From Escherichia coli (GTDB taxonomy: Bacteria; Pseudomonadota; Gammaproteobacteria; Enterobacterales; Enterobacteriaceae): DNA of 64,000 nucleotides. Below are positions 1 to 11,175 of the stretch, one piece after another. Below the pieces are notes generated by a model, which had not been told where the DNA came from, did no database searches, and saw nothing but the letters and a program-made list of their open reading frames with translations. The stretch lies in the NCBI RefSeq assembly GCF_003334305.1, contig NZ_QOWS01000002.1; one strand, written 5' to 3'. Every line of letters starts with the position of its first letter. The first letter of the stretch is position 1. The position numbers and the translations under genes are program-made.

Positions 1-51
1 TGGCAGCAATATGCCAGGCCATATCACTATTGCGGATTTGAATATGTTTCA

Positions 52-984
52 TTACAGAGTTTCCTCAAAGAACGGAGCTAATACTGAAATTGCTTCAGCC
101 ACATAGGCTTTGCCGTCATAAAGATCCATATGGTTTGCGCCTTCAACAATGTGATAGCGTTTATCCTGGCTTGATGCCCGATCGTACAGGTCGTCACTCA
201 TCCATTTGCTCCCTGCCTGGCTGCCCGCCACAATCTGCATCGGCTGAGTCAGGTACACTTCCGCCATATGGTAAGCATCATAGGTAATAATCTGGTTAAG
301 GCTGCGCAAAGTAGCGTAACCCGGTGCTGTTGGATACTGCGCGCGAGGGGTGTGGTAATACTCCCAGGCCTGACGCAGTTCTTCGTTCGGCGCATCGGAC
401 TCCTTCATTGGTGCCAGTGGCATAACGGCATATTCTCCGCTGCTAATATCGCTGGTTCGGGCGTTTGAACCCGCTTCAACGTATGGCAGGGCATCAATAG
501 ATTTCACATTGTTTTCCCAACCATTACGGAACATCGAACCAATATTGACCGCACTAACGGTACCGATGGCCTTGATGCGGCGATCCTGAATTGCAGCATT
601 GGCTGTATATCCTGCACCGGCACAAATTCCCATCGCACCAATTCGGGTATTGTCGACATAAGAAAGCGTTGTCAGGTAATCAATCACGGCACTGATGTCT
701 TCAGTACGAATGTATGGGTTTTCTAACTGACGCGGCTCGCCGCCACTTTCACCTTGATAAGATGCGTCATAAGCAATAGTGACAAATCCCTTTTCCGCCA
801 GTTTTTTGGCATAGGTTCCGGCCGTTTGTTCTTTAACGCCCCCACCTGGGTGAGATACCACAATTGCCTGATACTGACGGGTTTCATCAAATTTTGGAGG
901 GAAATAGATCACTGCAGACAAAGAGATGGTTGGATTATTGCTGTTAGTGAAGCTGACTTTATTATTCATCATTCCGTTCCTCAT
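52..984 (-). CDS. ycjY: alpha/beta hydrolase (dienelactone-hydrolase-like) YcjY
   Basis: 310-aa ORF from track; recognised as YcjY; synteny next to ycjZ/mppA. Confidence 0.75.
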   Translation of the reverse strand: MRNGMMNNKVSFTNSNNPTISLSAVIYFPPKFDETRQYQAIVVSHPGGGVKEQTAGTYAKKLAEKGFVTIAYDASYQGESGGEPRQLENPYIRTEDISAVIDYLTTLSYVDNTRIGAMGICAGAGYTANAAIQDRRIKAIGTVSAVNIGSMFRNGWENNVKSIDALPYVEAGSNARTSDISSGEYAVMPLAPMKESDAPNEELRQAWEYYHTPRAQYPTAPGYATLRSLNQIITYDAYHMAEVYLTQPMQIVAGSQAGSKWMSDDLYDRASSQDKRYHIVEGANHMDLYDGKAYVAEAISVLAPFFEETL

Positions 985-1109
985 GGAGTTGTCGGTTCGT
1001 TTTAACGGTTGGTGATATCACTATAGATATTGATCATTAAGTTGATTAGACCCAAAATCATGATTAGACCTATCATTTAAATGATTAATAGATTGCATGG
1101 AGATACTGA

Positions 1110-2009
1110 ATGAAGCGTGAAGAAATCGCTGATCTGATGGCGTTTGTCGTCGTTGCAGAGGAGCGTAGCTTCACTCGTGCAGCAGCCCGCCTGAGCATGG
1201 CGCAGTCAGCTTTAAGCCAGATAGTGCGTCGTATAGAAGAACGATTGGGATTGCGGCTTCTGACGCGAACCACGCGCAGCGTTGTTCCAACTGAAGCGGG
1301 CGAGCATCTTTTGTCTGTTCTTGGCCCTATGTTGCATGACATAGATTCAGCCCTGGCATCCCTGAGCGAGCTGCAGAACCGCCCATCCGGGACAATACGT
1401 ATTACTACTGTAGAACATGCAGCAAAAACGATATTGTTACCAGCAATGCGCACATTCCTGAAATCGCATCCTGAAATTGATATTCAGCTCACCATTGATT
1501 ATGGTTTGACCGATGTCGTTTCTGAACGTTTTGATGCAGGCGTCCGTCTGGGTGGGGAGATGGATAAAGATATGATCGCCATTCGAATCGGGCCAGATAT
1601 ACCAATGGCTATTGTTGGCTCACCGGATTATTTTTCTCGCCGAAGTGTTCCAACGTCAGTGTCACAATTAATAGATCATCAGGCAATTAATTTGTATCTT
1701 CCCACATCGGGTACAGCAAATCGCTGGAGATTAATACGCGGTGGACGTGAAGTTCGTGTTCGCATGGAAGGTCAGCTTTTACTGAATACGATAGACCTGA
1801 TCATTGATGCTGCAATTGATGGGCATGGATTGGCGTATCTACCTTATGATCAGGTTGAGCGGGCTATTAAAGAAAAAAAACTGATACGTGTTTTGGATAA
1901 ATTCACACCAGATTTACCCGGTTATCACCTGTACTATCCACACCGTCGACATGCTGGCTCGGCATTCTCATTATTTATAGATAGGCTGAAGTATAAAGGT
2001 GCTGTTTAG
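1110..2009 (+). CDS. ycjZ: LysR-family transcriptional regulator
   Basis: 299-aa ORF with N-terminal HTH and LysR substrate-binding domain; divergent from ycjY. Confidence 0.8.
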   Translation: MKREEIADLMAFVVVAEERSFTRAAARLSMAQSALSQIVRRIEERLGLRLLTRTTRSVVPTEAGEHLLSVLGPMLHDIDSALASLSELQNRPSGTIRITTVEHAAKTILLPAMRTFLKSHPEIDIQLTIDYGLTDVVSERFDAGVRLGGEMDKDMIAIRIGPDIPMAIVGSPDYFSRRSVPTSVSQLIDHQAINLYLPTSGTANRWRLIRGGREVRVRMEGQLLLNTIDLIIDAAIDGHGLAYLPYDQVERAIKEKKLIRVLDKFTPDLPGYHLYYPHRRHAGSAFSLFIDRLKYKGAV

Positions 2010-2345
2010 CACTACTTGCTGATACATTAATTTAATTTCTCTCTTAACGTATTCTCAGTTCCTTTCAACGTTTTGGTTATTTTTTATTCTTCGTACAATG
2101 GCGACAGATGCTGATTATGATACCGAAAACTGGTTTGAACGTGCGAAGCCTGAACGTAGTGTTCGGTGTTCTATGTGCTTTACCGCATTTTGGCGTCGAT
2201 TATTTACACTAAATCTGATTTAATATATTGATACATAAAACATTTTATGCTTCCTGTGTCACTTTTTTGATGGAAGTTGTTTGCATTTCTTTAAGGCGAA
2301 ACAAATAATTACGCATCAATTTTAATGTCGGTTAGAGGGAAACTT

Positions 2346-3959
2346 ATGAAGCACTCTGTTTCAGTCACGTGTTGTGCGCTGTTGGTCAGCAGCATTTCTC
2401 TTTCGTATGCTGCAGAAGTTCCGAGCGGCACAGTACTGGCAGAGAAGCAGGAGCTGGTGCGCCACATTAAAGATGAGCCTGCGTCGCTGGATCCCGCTAA
2501 AGCCGTGGGCCTGCCAGAGATTCAGGTCATTCGCGATCTGTTTGAAGGACTGGTGAATCAGAACGAGAAAGGGGAGATTGTCCCCGGCGTTGCGACTCAG
2601 TGGAAAAGTAATGACAACCGTATCTGGACTTTTACCCTGCGCGATAACGCAAAATGGGCGGATGGCACACCGGTAACGGCGCAAGATTTTGTCTACAGCT
2701 GGCAACGTCTGGTGGACCCGAAAACTCTATCGCCATTTGCATGGTTTGCCGCGCTGGCGGGAATCAACAACGCACAGGCGATTATTGATGGTAAAGCTAC
2801 GCCTGACCAGCTTGGCGTCACCGCAGTTGATGCCCATACTTTGAAAATTCAGCTTGATAAACCGTTGCCGTGGTTTGTGAATTTAACCGCTAACTTTGCC
2901 TTCTTCCCGGTGCAAAAAGCCAACGTAGAAAGCGGTAAAGAGTGGACGAAACCCGGAAATCTGATTGGCAATGGCGCTTATGTTCTTAAAGAGCGCGTAG
3001 TCAATGAAAAACTGGTCGTGGTACCGAATACCCATTATTGGGATAACGCCAAAACGGTACTGCAAAAAGTGACCTTCCTGCCAATTAATCAGGAATCCGC
3101 AGCCACTAAGCGTTACCTCGCGGGGGATATTGATATCACCGAATCCTTCCCGAAAAATATGTATCAGAAGCTGTTGAAGGATATTCCGGGGCAGGTTTAT
3201 ACGCCGCCGCAGCTCGGGACCTATTATTATGCGTTTAACACGCAAAAAGGGCCGACGGCAGATCAGCGCGTTCGTCTGGCATTAAGTATGACGATAGATC
3301 GCCGCCTGATGACCGAAAAAGTATTAGGGACGGGCGAAAAGCCAGCGTGGCATTTTACACCAGATGTTACCGCCGGATTTACGCCGGAACCTTCGCCGTT
3401 TGAACAAATGAGTCAGGAAGAACTGAATGCGCAGGCAAAAACTTTGTTGAGCGCAGCTGGTTATGGTCCGCAAAAACCGCTGAAGCTGACGCTTTTGTAT
3501 AACACTTCAGAAAACCATCAAAAAATTGCGATTGCTGTAGCATCGATGTGGAAAAAGAACCTTGGCGTAGATGTTAAATTGCAAAATCAGGAATGGAAAA
3601 CCTATATCGATAGCCGTAACACCGGCAATTTTGATGTTATCCGCGCCTCATGGGTGGGGGATTATAATGAACCCTCCACTTTCCTGACATTATTAACGTC
3701 AACGCATTCAGGAAATATTTCACGCTTTAACAATCCGGCATATGACAAAGTTCTGGCCCAGGCATCGACGGAAAATACCGTTAAAGCGCGTAATGCCGAT
3801 TACAACGCGGCAGAAAAAATCCTCATGGAGCAAGCACCGATTGCACCAATTTATCAATATACCAATGGACGATTAATCAAACCGTGGCTGAAAGGTTATC
3901 CCATTAATAACCCTGAAGATGTGGCGTACAGTCGGACTATGTATATTGTGAAGCATTGA
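2346..3959 (+). CDS. mppA: periplasmic murein tripeptide-binding protein MppA
   Basis: Track ORF 2325-3959; start trimmed to ATG at 2346 (MKHSVSV..., signal peptide); OppA-family solute-binding protein. Confidence 0.85.
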   Translation: MKHSVSVTCCALLVSSISLSYAAEVPSGTVLAEKQELVRHIKDEPASLDPAKAVGLPEIQVIRDLFEGLVNQNEKGEIVPGVATQWKSNDNRIWTFTLRDNAKWADGTPVTAQDFVYSWQRLVDPKTLSPFAWFAALAGINNAQAIIDGKATPDQLGVTAVDAHTLKIQLDKPLPWFVNLTANFAFFPVQKANVESGKEWTKPGNLIGNGAYVLKERVVNEKLVVVPNTHYWDNAKTVLQKVTFLPINQESAATKRYLAGDIDITESFPKNMYQKLLKDIPGQVYTPPQLGTYYYAFNTQKGPTADQRVRLALSMTIDRRLMTEKVLGTGEKPAWHFTPDVTAGFTPEPSPFEQMSQEELNAQAKTLLSAAGYGPQKPLKLTLLYNTSENHQKIAIAVASMWKKNLGVDVKLQNQEWKTYIDSRNTGNFDVIRASWVGDYNEPSTFLTLLTSTHSGNISRFNNPAYDKVLAQASTENTVKARNADYNAAEKILMEQAPIAPIYQYTNGRLIKPWLKGYPINNPEDVAYSRTMYIVKH

Positions 3960-4009
3960 TGTGATGGGAACTGGCGTTACCCTTGTGGATAACGCCAGTG
4001 ATGTCTGAT

Positions 4010-5041
4010 TTAGCGACCCTGTTCCGGCGGTGTAATGTTATCCATATACAGCGTCTGGCTGGGGAAGGCAAAGTCCGCGCCGTGTGACTGTACAATATCG
4101 ATAATCTTCAAATAAACGTCTTGCTGTGCAGCAAGCCATTCAGCCCATACCGTGGTTTTGGTAAAGCAATAAACCATAATATTCAATGACGAGTCGGCAA
4201 ACTGGTTGAAATAAACCAGTAAGGTTTGTCGCTGGTCGATGGCCGGGTGATTTTTCAGCATCTCACGTACGGCTTCGACAATAACGCCCACTTTTGCCGC
4301 ATCCTCATAACGTAAACCAATGGTCGTGGTAATGCGGCGGTTGGTCATTCGTCCTGGGTTTTCTACGCTGATCGACGAAAACAGCGAGTTCGGTACGTAC
4401 AATGGACGATTATCAAAGGTCGTAATTTTGGTAATTCGCCAGCCAATTTCCGCTACTGTACCTTCGATATTTCTGTCCGGTGAACGGATCCAGTCGCCAA
4501 TACTGAAAGGACGGTCGAAATAGAGCATGATCCCGGAAAAGAAATTACTCAGAATATCTTTACCGGCCATACCGACAGCCAGACCACCAATACCACCAAA
4601 GGTCAACAAGCCAGAAAGGCTCATGCCGAAATGTTCGCCATAAAGCAGAACAAGCACCACAATAATGGTGATTTTGATAATGCGCGACATAATCCGCGCA
4701 CTGGTGATATCGCGACCTTTTTTAATCTGCTGTTTTTCAAACTGATTAATCAGCAAAAATAGCTTAATCGTCAGAATAACCGCAATCAGGGACGTACAGA
4801 TAAAATCGATAACGCCTGGGGTGATAAATTTGAGTTTATAGTTTTCTATAACATAATTAATAATGCTACCAACAGCACTGATAATTATGGTGTAGATTAA
4901 AAATTGCACCGCATGGAATAAAAAACCTTTTCTTTTACGATTTCCGCGGCGAAACCAAAAGCTCATCAGAATCAATGCTGCGCAGCTACCGAAAATAATG
5001 ACCAGATTAAGCGCATTATTTGTAAACAGTTCAGCGATCAT
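4010..5041 (-). CDS. ynaI: MscS-family mechanosensitive channel YnaI
   Basis: 343-aa ORF, N-terminal TM helices plus MscS domain. Confidence 0.85.
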
Positions 5042-5284
5042 TGTTTTATCAGGCTCCTCCAGATAATTGTCGTCATGCCGGAAACCCCTGGCGGGGCTAT
5101 TTTACCGCGACAATTCATTCAGATCATCAATAGTCAGGGAAGGAAGTAGCAATATTAGCTAACTAATCAATGCGTTGATTGTAAATCCAGCTAAGAGGTG
5201 AGGTTTTCAGAGCAGACAACGGTGAAATGTCATGGTATTGTTACGTTTAGGTAACAAGAAATTTGTCTGCACAAGGATTACATC

Positions 5285-5542
5285 ATGATTATGGCGAAAC
5301 TGAAGTCAGCGAAAGGGAAGAAATTTCTCTTTGGTTTGTTGGCGGTTTTCATTATTGCGGCGTCGGTTGTGACTCGCGCGACTATCGGCGGCGTTATAGA
5401 ACAGTACAATATTCCGCTGTCTGAGTGGACGACATCAATGTATGTGATTCAGTCATCGATGATTTTTGTTTATAGCCTGGTCTTTACTGTGTTGCTGGCA
5501 ATCCCGTTGGGAATTTATTTCCTTGGCGGCGAAGAGCAGTAA
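5285..5542 (+). CDS. ynaJ: small inner-membrane protein YnaJ
   Basis: 85-aa ORF with two hydrophobic segments; synteny between ynaI and uspE. Confidence 0.7.
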   Translation: MIMAKLKSAKGKKFLFGLLAVFIIAASVVTRATIGGVIEQYNIPLSEWTTSMYVIQSSMIFVYSLVFTVLLAIPLGIYFLGGEEQ

Positions 5543-5591
5543 GTAAAAAATAGGCCCGATAACTCGGGCCTTGTCAGTTATTGAAGAGTCG

Positions 5592-6542
5592 TTAATCGTC
5601 TTCTTCGTCATCCAGTTCAACGGGTGTCTGATACTGGTCAGGTTTAATGACCAACAGATCGCAGCGAAGATGATCAATCACCTGTTCCGCCGTGTTGCCG
5701 AGGAATGCTGCTGAAATACCGGTGCGTCCTACCGTGCCCAGAACCACAATCCCCGCCTGTAAGTGCTCCGCCAAATCAGGAATCACCTCTTCTGGCAGAC
5801 CTTTTTCTACGTGCGTCATGTTTTCATTAATGCCGAATTTCTGCCGCAGAGCTTTCATTGCCAGCAAATGTTGCCCACGAATGGCATCGTTATAAACGCT
5901 CGGATCAAATTCCGGCAGTTCAATCGCGATATTAATTGGCGTTACCGGATAAGCGCCAACCAGATGAACTTCGGTATGGTTGACTTGTTCTGCCAGTTCG
6001 ATCGTCTCTTTGACCAGTTTTTCATTGAGCGCATTATGATACGGCTCTTCACTGGCGAGATTCACCGCCACCAGCGCCTTGCCTCCTTCCGGCCACGGCT
6101 GGTCTTTCACCATCCACACCGGGCTTGGGCATTTGCGTAACAGATGCCAGTCCGTTGGCGTAAAAATCACCGCTTCCAGACGGTCATGTTGGTGCGCCAT
6201 TTTTAGCACCAAATCGTGCCCGCCGCTGATCACTTCCTGAATGATGGCTTCGAAAGGACGGTTATGCCAGACCACTTTAATTTCAATGGGAACGCCAGCA
6301 TTGAGATAATATTTTGCCTGCTCGTGGATCCAGGCTGTACGCTGGCTGATGACGCCCTGACGCATAGCCGTACGTTCGTCCGGGGAGAGCAGGGTGGTCA
6401 TTTCGTATGAGAAGTCATAGATCGGCAAAAAGGCTTTAATTTTGCCACCAATCCGTTGATGTAAATAAACAGCTCGCCGCAATGCTGGTTGGTCGTCCTG
6501 GTTAGGATCGATAACAACGAGCATGTTCTGATACATAGCCAT
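5592..6542 (-). CDS. uspE: universal stress protein E (tandem Usp domains)
   Basis: Track ORF 5592-6569; start trimmed to [10 protein letters not shown] (316 aa). Confidence 0.85.
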   Translation of the reverse strand: MAMYQNMLVVIDPNQDDQPALRRAVYLHQRIGGKIKAFLPIYDFSYEMTTLLSPDERTAMRQGVISQRTAWIHEQAKYYLNAGVPIEIKVVWHNRPFEAIIQEVISGGHDLVLKMAHQHDRLEAVIFTPTDWHLLRKCPSPVWMVKDQPWPEGGKALVAVNLASEEPYHNALNEKLVKETIELAEQVNHTEVHLVGAYPVTPINIAIELPEFDPSVYNDAIRGQHLLAMKALRQKFGINENMTHVEKGLPEEVIPDLAEHLQAGIVVLGTVGRTGISAAFLGNTAEQVIDHLRCDLLVIKPDQYQTPVELDDEEDD

Positions 6543-6693
6543 ACAGGGTCTCCTTACAACAACTGTCAACGCAGTTTGTAATTAAAAGATTAACCCATAT
6601 CTGGTGAATGAAACAGTGATGAACCTTCTGCCAGATCAATAAATCAGAAAAATTTAATGATATGACAGAAGGATAGTGAGTTATGCGGAAAAA

Positions 6694-7446
6694 TCAGGCA
6701 ACATTACGCGTATGACCAGCAAGCTGGGCCAGCGCATCGTTATTTTCGATGGTGATGTATTTACCTTTGACTGCCAGCATACCGCTTTTCTGGAAGCGAC
6801 CTAGCAGACGGCTGATGGTTTCTACCGTCAGGCCCAGATAGTTACCGATATCGCCACGAGTCATCGTCAGGCGGAATTCACGAGGGGAGAAGCCGCGTTG
6901 GGCAAAACGACGGGACAGGTTGTAGATGAATGCAGCCAGACGTTCCTCGGCATTTTTCTTCGACAACAGCAGGATCATGTCCTGATCGCCTTTGATTTCA
7001 CCGCTCATCAGACGCATCATCTGCTGACGCAGATTCGGCATTTTACCGGACAAATCGTCCAGCGTTTCGAACGGGATTTCACATACCATCGAGGTTTCCA
7101 GCGCCTGAGCGAAGCTCGGGTGATGGCCGCTGCCGATGGCGTCAAATCCCACCAGGTCGCCTGCTAAATGGAAACCAGTGATTTGCTCGTCGCCTTGCTC
7201 AGTGATGGTATAACTTTTAATCGTACCGGAGCGGATGGCATAAAGCGATTTAAGTTCATCACCAGCCTTAAACAGCGTCTGGCCTTTCTGAATAGGCTTC
7301 TTCCGCTCAATGATATTATCAAGCTGATCAAGCTCATGTTCGTTGAGTGTGAACGGGATGCAAAGCTGGCTGATGCTGCAATCCTGGCAATGGATAGCAC
7401 AACCGCCAGACTGAATGCGCCGTATAATTCGCTTTTCCGGGATCAT
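6694..7446 (-). CDS. fnr: FNR, CRP-family anaerobic global regulator
   Basis: Track ORF 6694-7503; start trimmed to [10 protein letters not shown] (250 aa); Cys cluster CAIHCQDC present. Confidence 0.95.
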
Positions 7447-7465
7447 AGGTCTGCTCAAGCCGTAA

Positions 7466-7479
7466 TTGATATTTGTCAA
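7466..7479. promoter_or_regulatory. FNR-box-like inverted repeat TTGAT-N4-GTCAA just upstream of the fnr start (autoregulatory site)
   Basis: TTGATATTTGTCAA read at 7466-7479, 20 nt upstream of the fnr ATG (rc of 7444-7446). Confidence 0.55.
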
Positions 7480-7640
7480 TTTTAACATCTTTTTAGGGAG
7501 CAAGTAAGTCTAAGCAAACCTTAACAGCAGAGAATTCCGATATTAGATGTAAATATATGTCTATCTATTTGAAAACCCTTAAGTTGTTAAGGGTAACTTT
7601 ACATAAAAGTGTGAACAAGCTGGCACAAATTGTTTAATGT

Positions 7641-8156
7641 TTACAGCAAAAGATAACCTTCGTGGCGCAATAACCACTCTTTTCGCTGAACTCCGCCTGC
7701 ATATCCGGTCATGGTGCCGTTTCGGCCAATAACCCGATGGCAAGGTACGACGATGCTGATGGGATTCGATCCGTTTGCCGCACCAACGGCACGCGCCGCG
7801 CCAGGGCGGCCCAATTGTTCAGCCAGTTGGCCGTAATGCATTACCTGCCCGCAGGGGATAGTGCGTAGAGTTTTCCAGACTTCGCGCTGAAATGGCGTCC
7901 CCCCTGTGGCAGTGGGAAGCGTATCAATAATGCTAAGATTACCGGCAAAATAATCACGAAGCTTGTCGCTTAAACCGCCTGGGTTGGTGGCAGAAATGCG
8001 CTCATAGCCTTCTTTGCGATAATGGATGTCCAGCAGCTGCACCATGCGTTCGCTGTACTCTTCCCATTCAACCGCCCGCAGGCGAAATTGCTCATCGCAA
8101 ATCACCCACAGTGGACCCAGTGGCGTGGCAATTTTTTCTTCAAGTAATCTCAGCAT
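7641..8156 (-). CDS. ogt: O6-alkylguanine-DNA alkyltransferase
   Basis: 171-aa ORF with PCHRV active-site motif. Confidence 0.95.
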   Translation of the reverse strand: MLRLLEEKIATPLGPLWVICDEQFRLRAVEWEEYSERMVQLLDIHYRKEGYERISATNPGGLSDKLRDYFAGNLSIIDTLPTATGGTPFQREVWKTLRTIPCGQVMHYGQLAEQLGRPGAARAVGAANGSNPISIVVPCHRVIGRNGTMTGYAGGVQRKEWLLRHEGYLLL

Positions 8157-8166
8157 CCGTTCTCTC

Positions 8167-9693
8167 TTAAGACAAACGTGGGTAAATCCCCGGACCTATC
8201 GGCAGACCAACAAGATACCACGCCAGCAACATCAGCAGCCATACCACCAAAAAGATAAGCGGATAGGGCAAGACTAACGAATAGTAAGTACCCAGTTTTG
8301 CGTCTGGTTTGTAGCGTTGCAGGAATCCAAGAAACAGTGGAACAAAAGGAGATACCGGCGCTAAAGGCAATACGGATGAGTCGGCAATACGAAAGAGGAT
8401 TTGCGCAAATGCCGGGTGAAAGCCAAGTAGCATAAACATTGGTACGAAAATGGGGGCCAGAATCGACCAGATTGCGGAACCGCTGGCAATAAACATGCAT
8501 AAGAAAGAGGAAAGCAACGCCAGACCGACAAACGCCGGGATGCCGCTAAGCCCTGAACTTTCAAGTATATCGGTCAGCCCCACGGCGATGAATTTCCCCA
8601 TGTTGCTCCAGTTAAACATGGCGACAAACTGGGCGAGGGGAAAAACCATCACGATAAATCCCGCCATCTCTTTCATCGGTTCAATCATTAAATGCGGTAA
8701 ATCCGCCTGACGTCGAATTGTGCGGGTAGCGATGCCATAAGCCAGCGAAACCACAAAGAAAAAAAGAATGATTAGTGGCACGATACCTTTAATAAAGGGT
8801 GATGGCATCACGGTGTGATTAATCGGATCGCGCAATATCCCGTTTTCCGGGATCACCATCAGCGCGATCGCAGCAATAAAAAGTAGCGATACGACACCTG
8901 CTATGCGTAAACCAAAACGCTGACTTTCGGTCAATGTCTGCAGTTTCTCATCGCTGTTTCCCTGCCATTGACCTAACCGTGGCTCGATGATTTTGTCGGT
9001 TATCAGGCCGCCAACAATCGTCAGTACGACTACGGAGCTGGCCATAAAATACCAGTTATCAATTACACTGACGTGCATTTGCGGATTGAACGCAGCCGCC
9101 GCTTCCGTGCTGATCCCCGACAGCAACACGTCGGTTGTGACAATCAGTAAATTAGCCGTGAAGCCGCAACCTACGCCTGCAATGGCGGCCAGTAAACCTG
9201 CAACTGGATGCCTGCCCACCGCCAGAAAAATCAGCGCACCCATCGGTGGCATGATCACTAACGCCGCATCGGAAGAAATGTGGCTGAAAAAAGCAATAAA
9301 CAGCACCATATAACTGGCGTAGCGGGCATTAACATGCGATGCCATTTTAACCATTAGCGCTGGCAGTAAGCCGACGCGCTCCGCTAGGCCGGCACCTAAA
9401 ACCAGCGCCAGGATCGCTCCAAGTGGAGCAAAACCGCTAAAGTTTTTAATCACATTGGGTAAAAACCAGTGTAATCCTTCCACACTGAGCAGGTTTTTCA
9501 CCACCACCGGCGTACCATCGGTCGGGTTTTTCGCACTGACGCCAAAGGCTGACAAAATTGCCGTCGTCACCATGAGTACGATTATCAAATAGATAAAGAG
9601 CAAAAAAGGATGGGGAACCTTGTTACCAATTCTTTCGACCCAGCCATAGAGCTTCCCGGATTGGGAGGACGACGGTATGGATGACATACTCAT
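8167..9693 (-). CDS. abgT: p-aminobenzoyl-glutamate transporter AbgT
   Basis: Track ORF 8167-9699, polytopic membrane protein; start codon approximate. Confidence 0.85.
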   Translation of the reverse strand: MSMSSIPSSSQSGKLYGWVERIGNKVPHPFLLFIYLIIVLMVTTAILSAFGVSAKNPTDGTPVVVKNLLSVEGLHWFLPNVIKNFSGFAPLGAILALVLGAGLAERVGLLPALMVKMASHVNARYASYMVLFIAFFSHISSDAALVIMPPMGALIFLAVGRHPVAGLLAAIAGVGCGFTANLLIVTTDVLLSGISTEAAAAFNPQMHVSVIDNWYFMASSVVVLTIVGGLITDKIIEPRLGQWQGNSDEKLQTLTESQRFGLRIAGVVSLLFIAAIALMVIPENGILRDPINHTVMPSPFIKGIVPLIILFFFVVSLAYGIATRTIRRQADLPHLMIEPMKEMAGFIVMVFPLAQFVAMFNWSNMGKFIAVGLTDILESSGLSGIPAFVGLALLSSFLCMFIASGSAIWSILAPIFVPMFMLLGFHPAFAQILFRIADSSVLPLAPVSPFVPLFLGFLQRYKPDAKLGTYYSLVLPYPLIFLVVWLLMLLAWYLVGLPIGPGIYPRLS

Positions 9694-9729
9694 GGGCATT
9701 CCTCGGTTGTTGTGTTTGCGTTGTTGTTG

Positions 9730-11175
9730 TTATTTTAAAGGTGACGGTGTCACGTTTTTCGGGATAGGGCAGTGATACGGTTGCGTGTCCGTAACTTGCT
9801 GATGCTCTTGTTGGCATTCTTGCAATAGCCCTGAATCAATGAAGAGATTGACTGTGGTTGCTGCCATAGTTTTCGCCGCCAGCAGCATTCCTTTATGAGC
9901 AATCGATGTTCGCCCCTGGCTAACCAGTTGCCACGTATGTAGCGGTGTACCGACGGCAAAACAGGGGCTGAAACACTGGGCAACAGGCAGTTTCCAACTG
10001 ACGTCGCCGACATCAGTCGATGCCGCAAGCACGTTATCGGTGGCGGCATATGGAGCGACCTCATTCGCCAGTACCGTTTCACGATGACGTAGTGCAAAAA
10101 CCTTGCCGTTTTCGCCACCGGTTGCGGCGATATTATTCAGACTGTTTTGCCGATCGTTGGGGGTGAGCGTAGCCTGAATTTGTTTCGCAAAAGCCAGTTC
10201 TTCGGAGTTCCATTCCGGGGTACCAAAATGGGATAGGGCATGGTACATGGCATTTTCTAAGGTGCGATTCGGGAGATAACTGGAACAGGCTTTGTCGAAG
10301 CGGCATTCAACCGTGGTTTCGGTCATCAATGCCGCACCTTCGGCGATTTTGGCGACCCGATCATAAATATGCTGCACGTCGGTCATTTCGGGGGCGCGGA
10401 TAAGATAAAGCACTTCTGCCTGCGCCTGGACCACGTTGGGCGAGATCCCGCCGCTATTTGTGATGGCATAGTGTACGCGCGCTTTTTCAATAATATGTTC
10501 GTTGAGGAAGTTGGTGCCAGTGGTCATCAACGTTACGGCATCAAGGGCGCTGCGTCCCAAATGAGGGGAATTCGCGGCATGTGCTGCGATCCCTTTAAAG
10601 CACCATGATGCCTGAATGTTTGCCAGCGTGCGGGTATTGAACATGCCGGCAAAGGCTTCCGGGTGCCAGGTGAGTGCCGCATCCACATCATCAAATACCC
10701 CCTCGCGGACCATGAACGTTTTACCCGAGCCGCCTTCTTCGCCAGGACAACCATAAAAGCGCACTGTGCCGCCTTGCCCATATTGTTCCAGCCATTTCTT
10801 GACGGCTATTGCAGCGGCAAAGGCGGCGGTTCCCAGCAAATTGTGTCCGCAACCGTGACCATTTTCACCGGGCGTCGCGGATGTAGGTTGCGCGCAACCA
10901 GCTTGCTGACTTAAACCTGCCAGGGCGTCATATTCTCCCAGCAGGGCGATAACCGGTTTGCCTTGACCAAACGAAGCAATAAATGCATTTGGGATATTGC
11001 CTACGTTGCGGGTAACGGTGAAGCTTGCAGATTCCAGCGCCGAAGCCAGATGCTCCGCTGACCAGAACTCTTCAAAACGTGTTTCTGGATGATCCCAGAT
11101 TTGATCGGCAATATCGGTATAACGTTGGCGATCGGCTTCAATCGCATCGTCGATAAAACGATAGATTTCCTGCAT
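9730..11175 (-). CDS. abgB: p-aminobenzoyl-glutamate hydrolase subunit B (M20 peptidase)
   Basis: 481-aa ORF; operon abgABT. Confidence 0.9.
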   Translation of the reverse strand: MQEIYRFIDDAIEADRQRYTDIADQIWDHPETRFEEFWSAEHLASALESASFTVTRNVGNIPNAFIASFGQGKPVIALLGEYDALAGLSQQAGCAQPTSATPGENGHGCGHNLLGTAAFAAAIAVKKWLEQYGQGGTVRFYGCPGEEGGSGKTFMVREGVFDDVDAALTWHPEAFAGMFNTRTLANIQASWCFKGIAAHAANSPHLGRSALDAVTLMTTGTNFLNEHIIEKARVHYAITNSGGISPNVVQAQAEVLYLIRAPEMTDVQHIYDRVAKIAEGAALMTETTVECRFDKACSSYLPNRTLENAMYHALSHFGTPEWNSEELAFAKQIQATLTPNDRQNSLNNIAATGGENGKVFALRHRETVLANEVAPYAATDNVLAASTDVGDVSWKLPVAQCFSPCFAVGTPLHTWQLVSQGRTSIAHKGMLLAAKTMAATTVNLFIDSGLLQECQQEHQQVTDTQPYHCPIPKNVTPSPLK

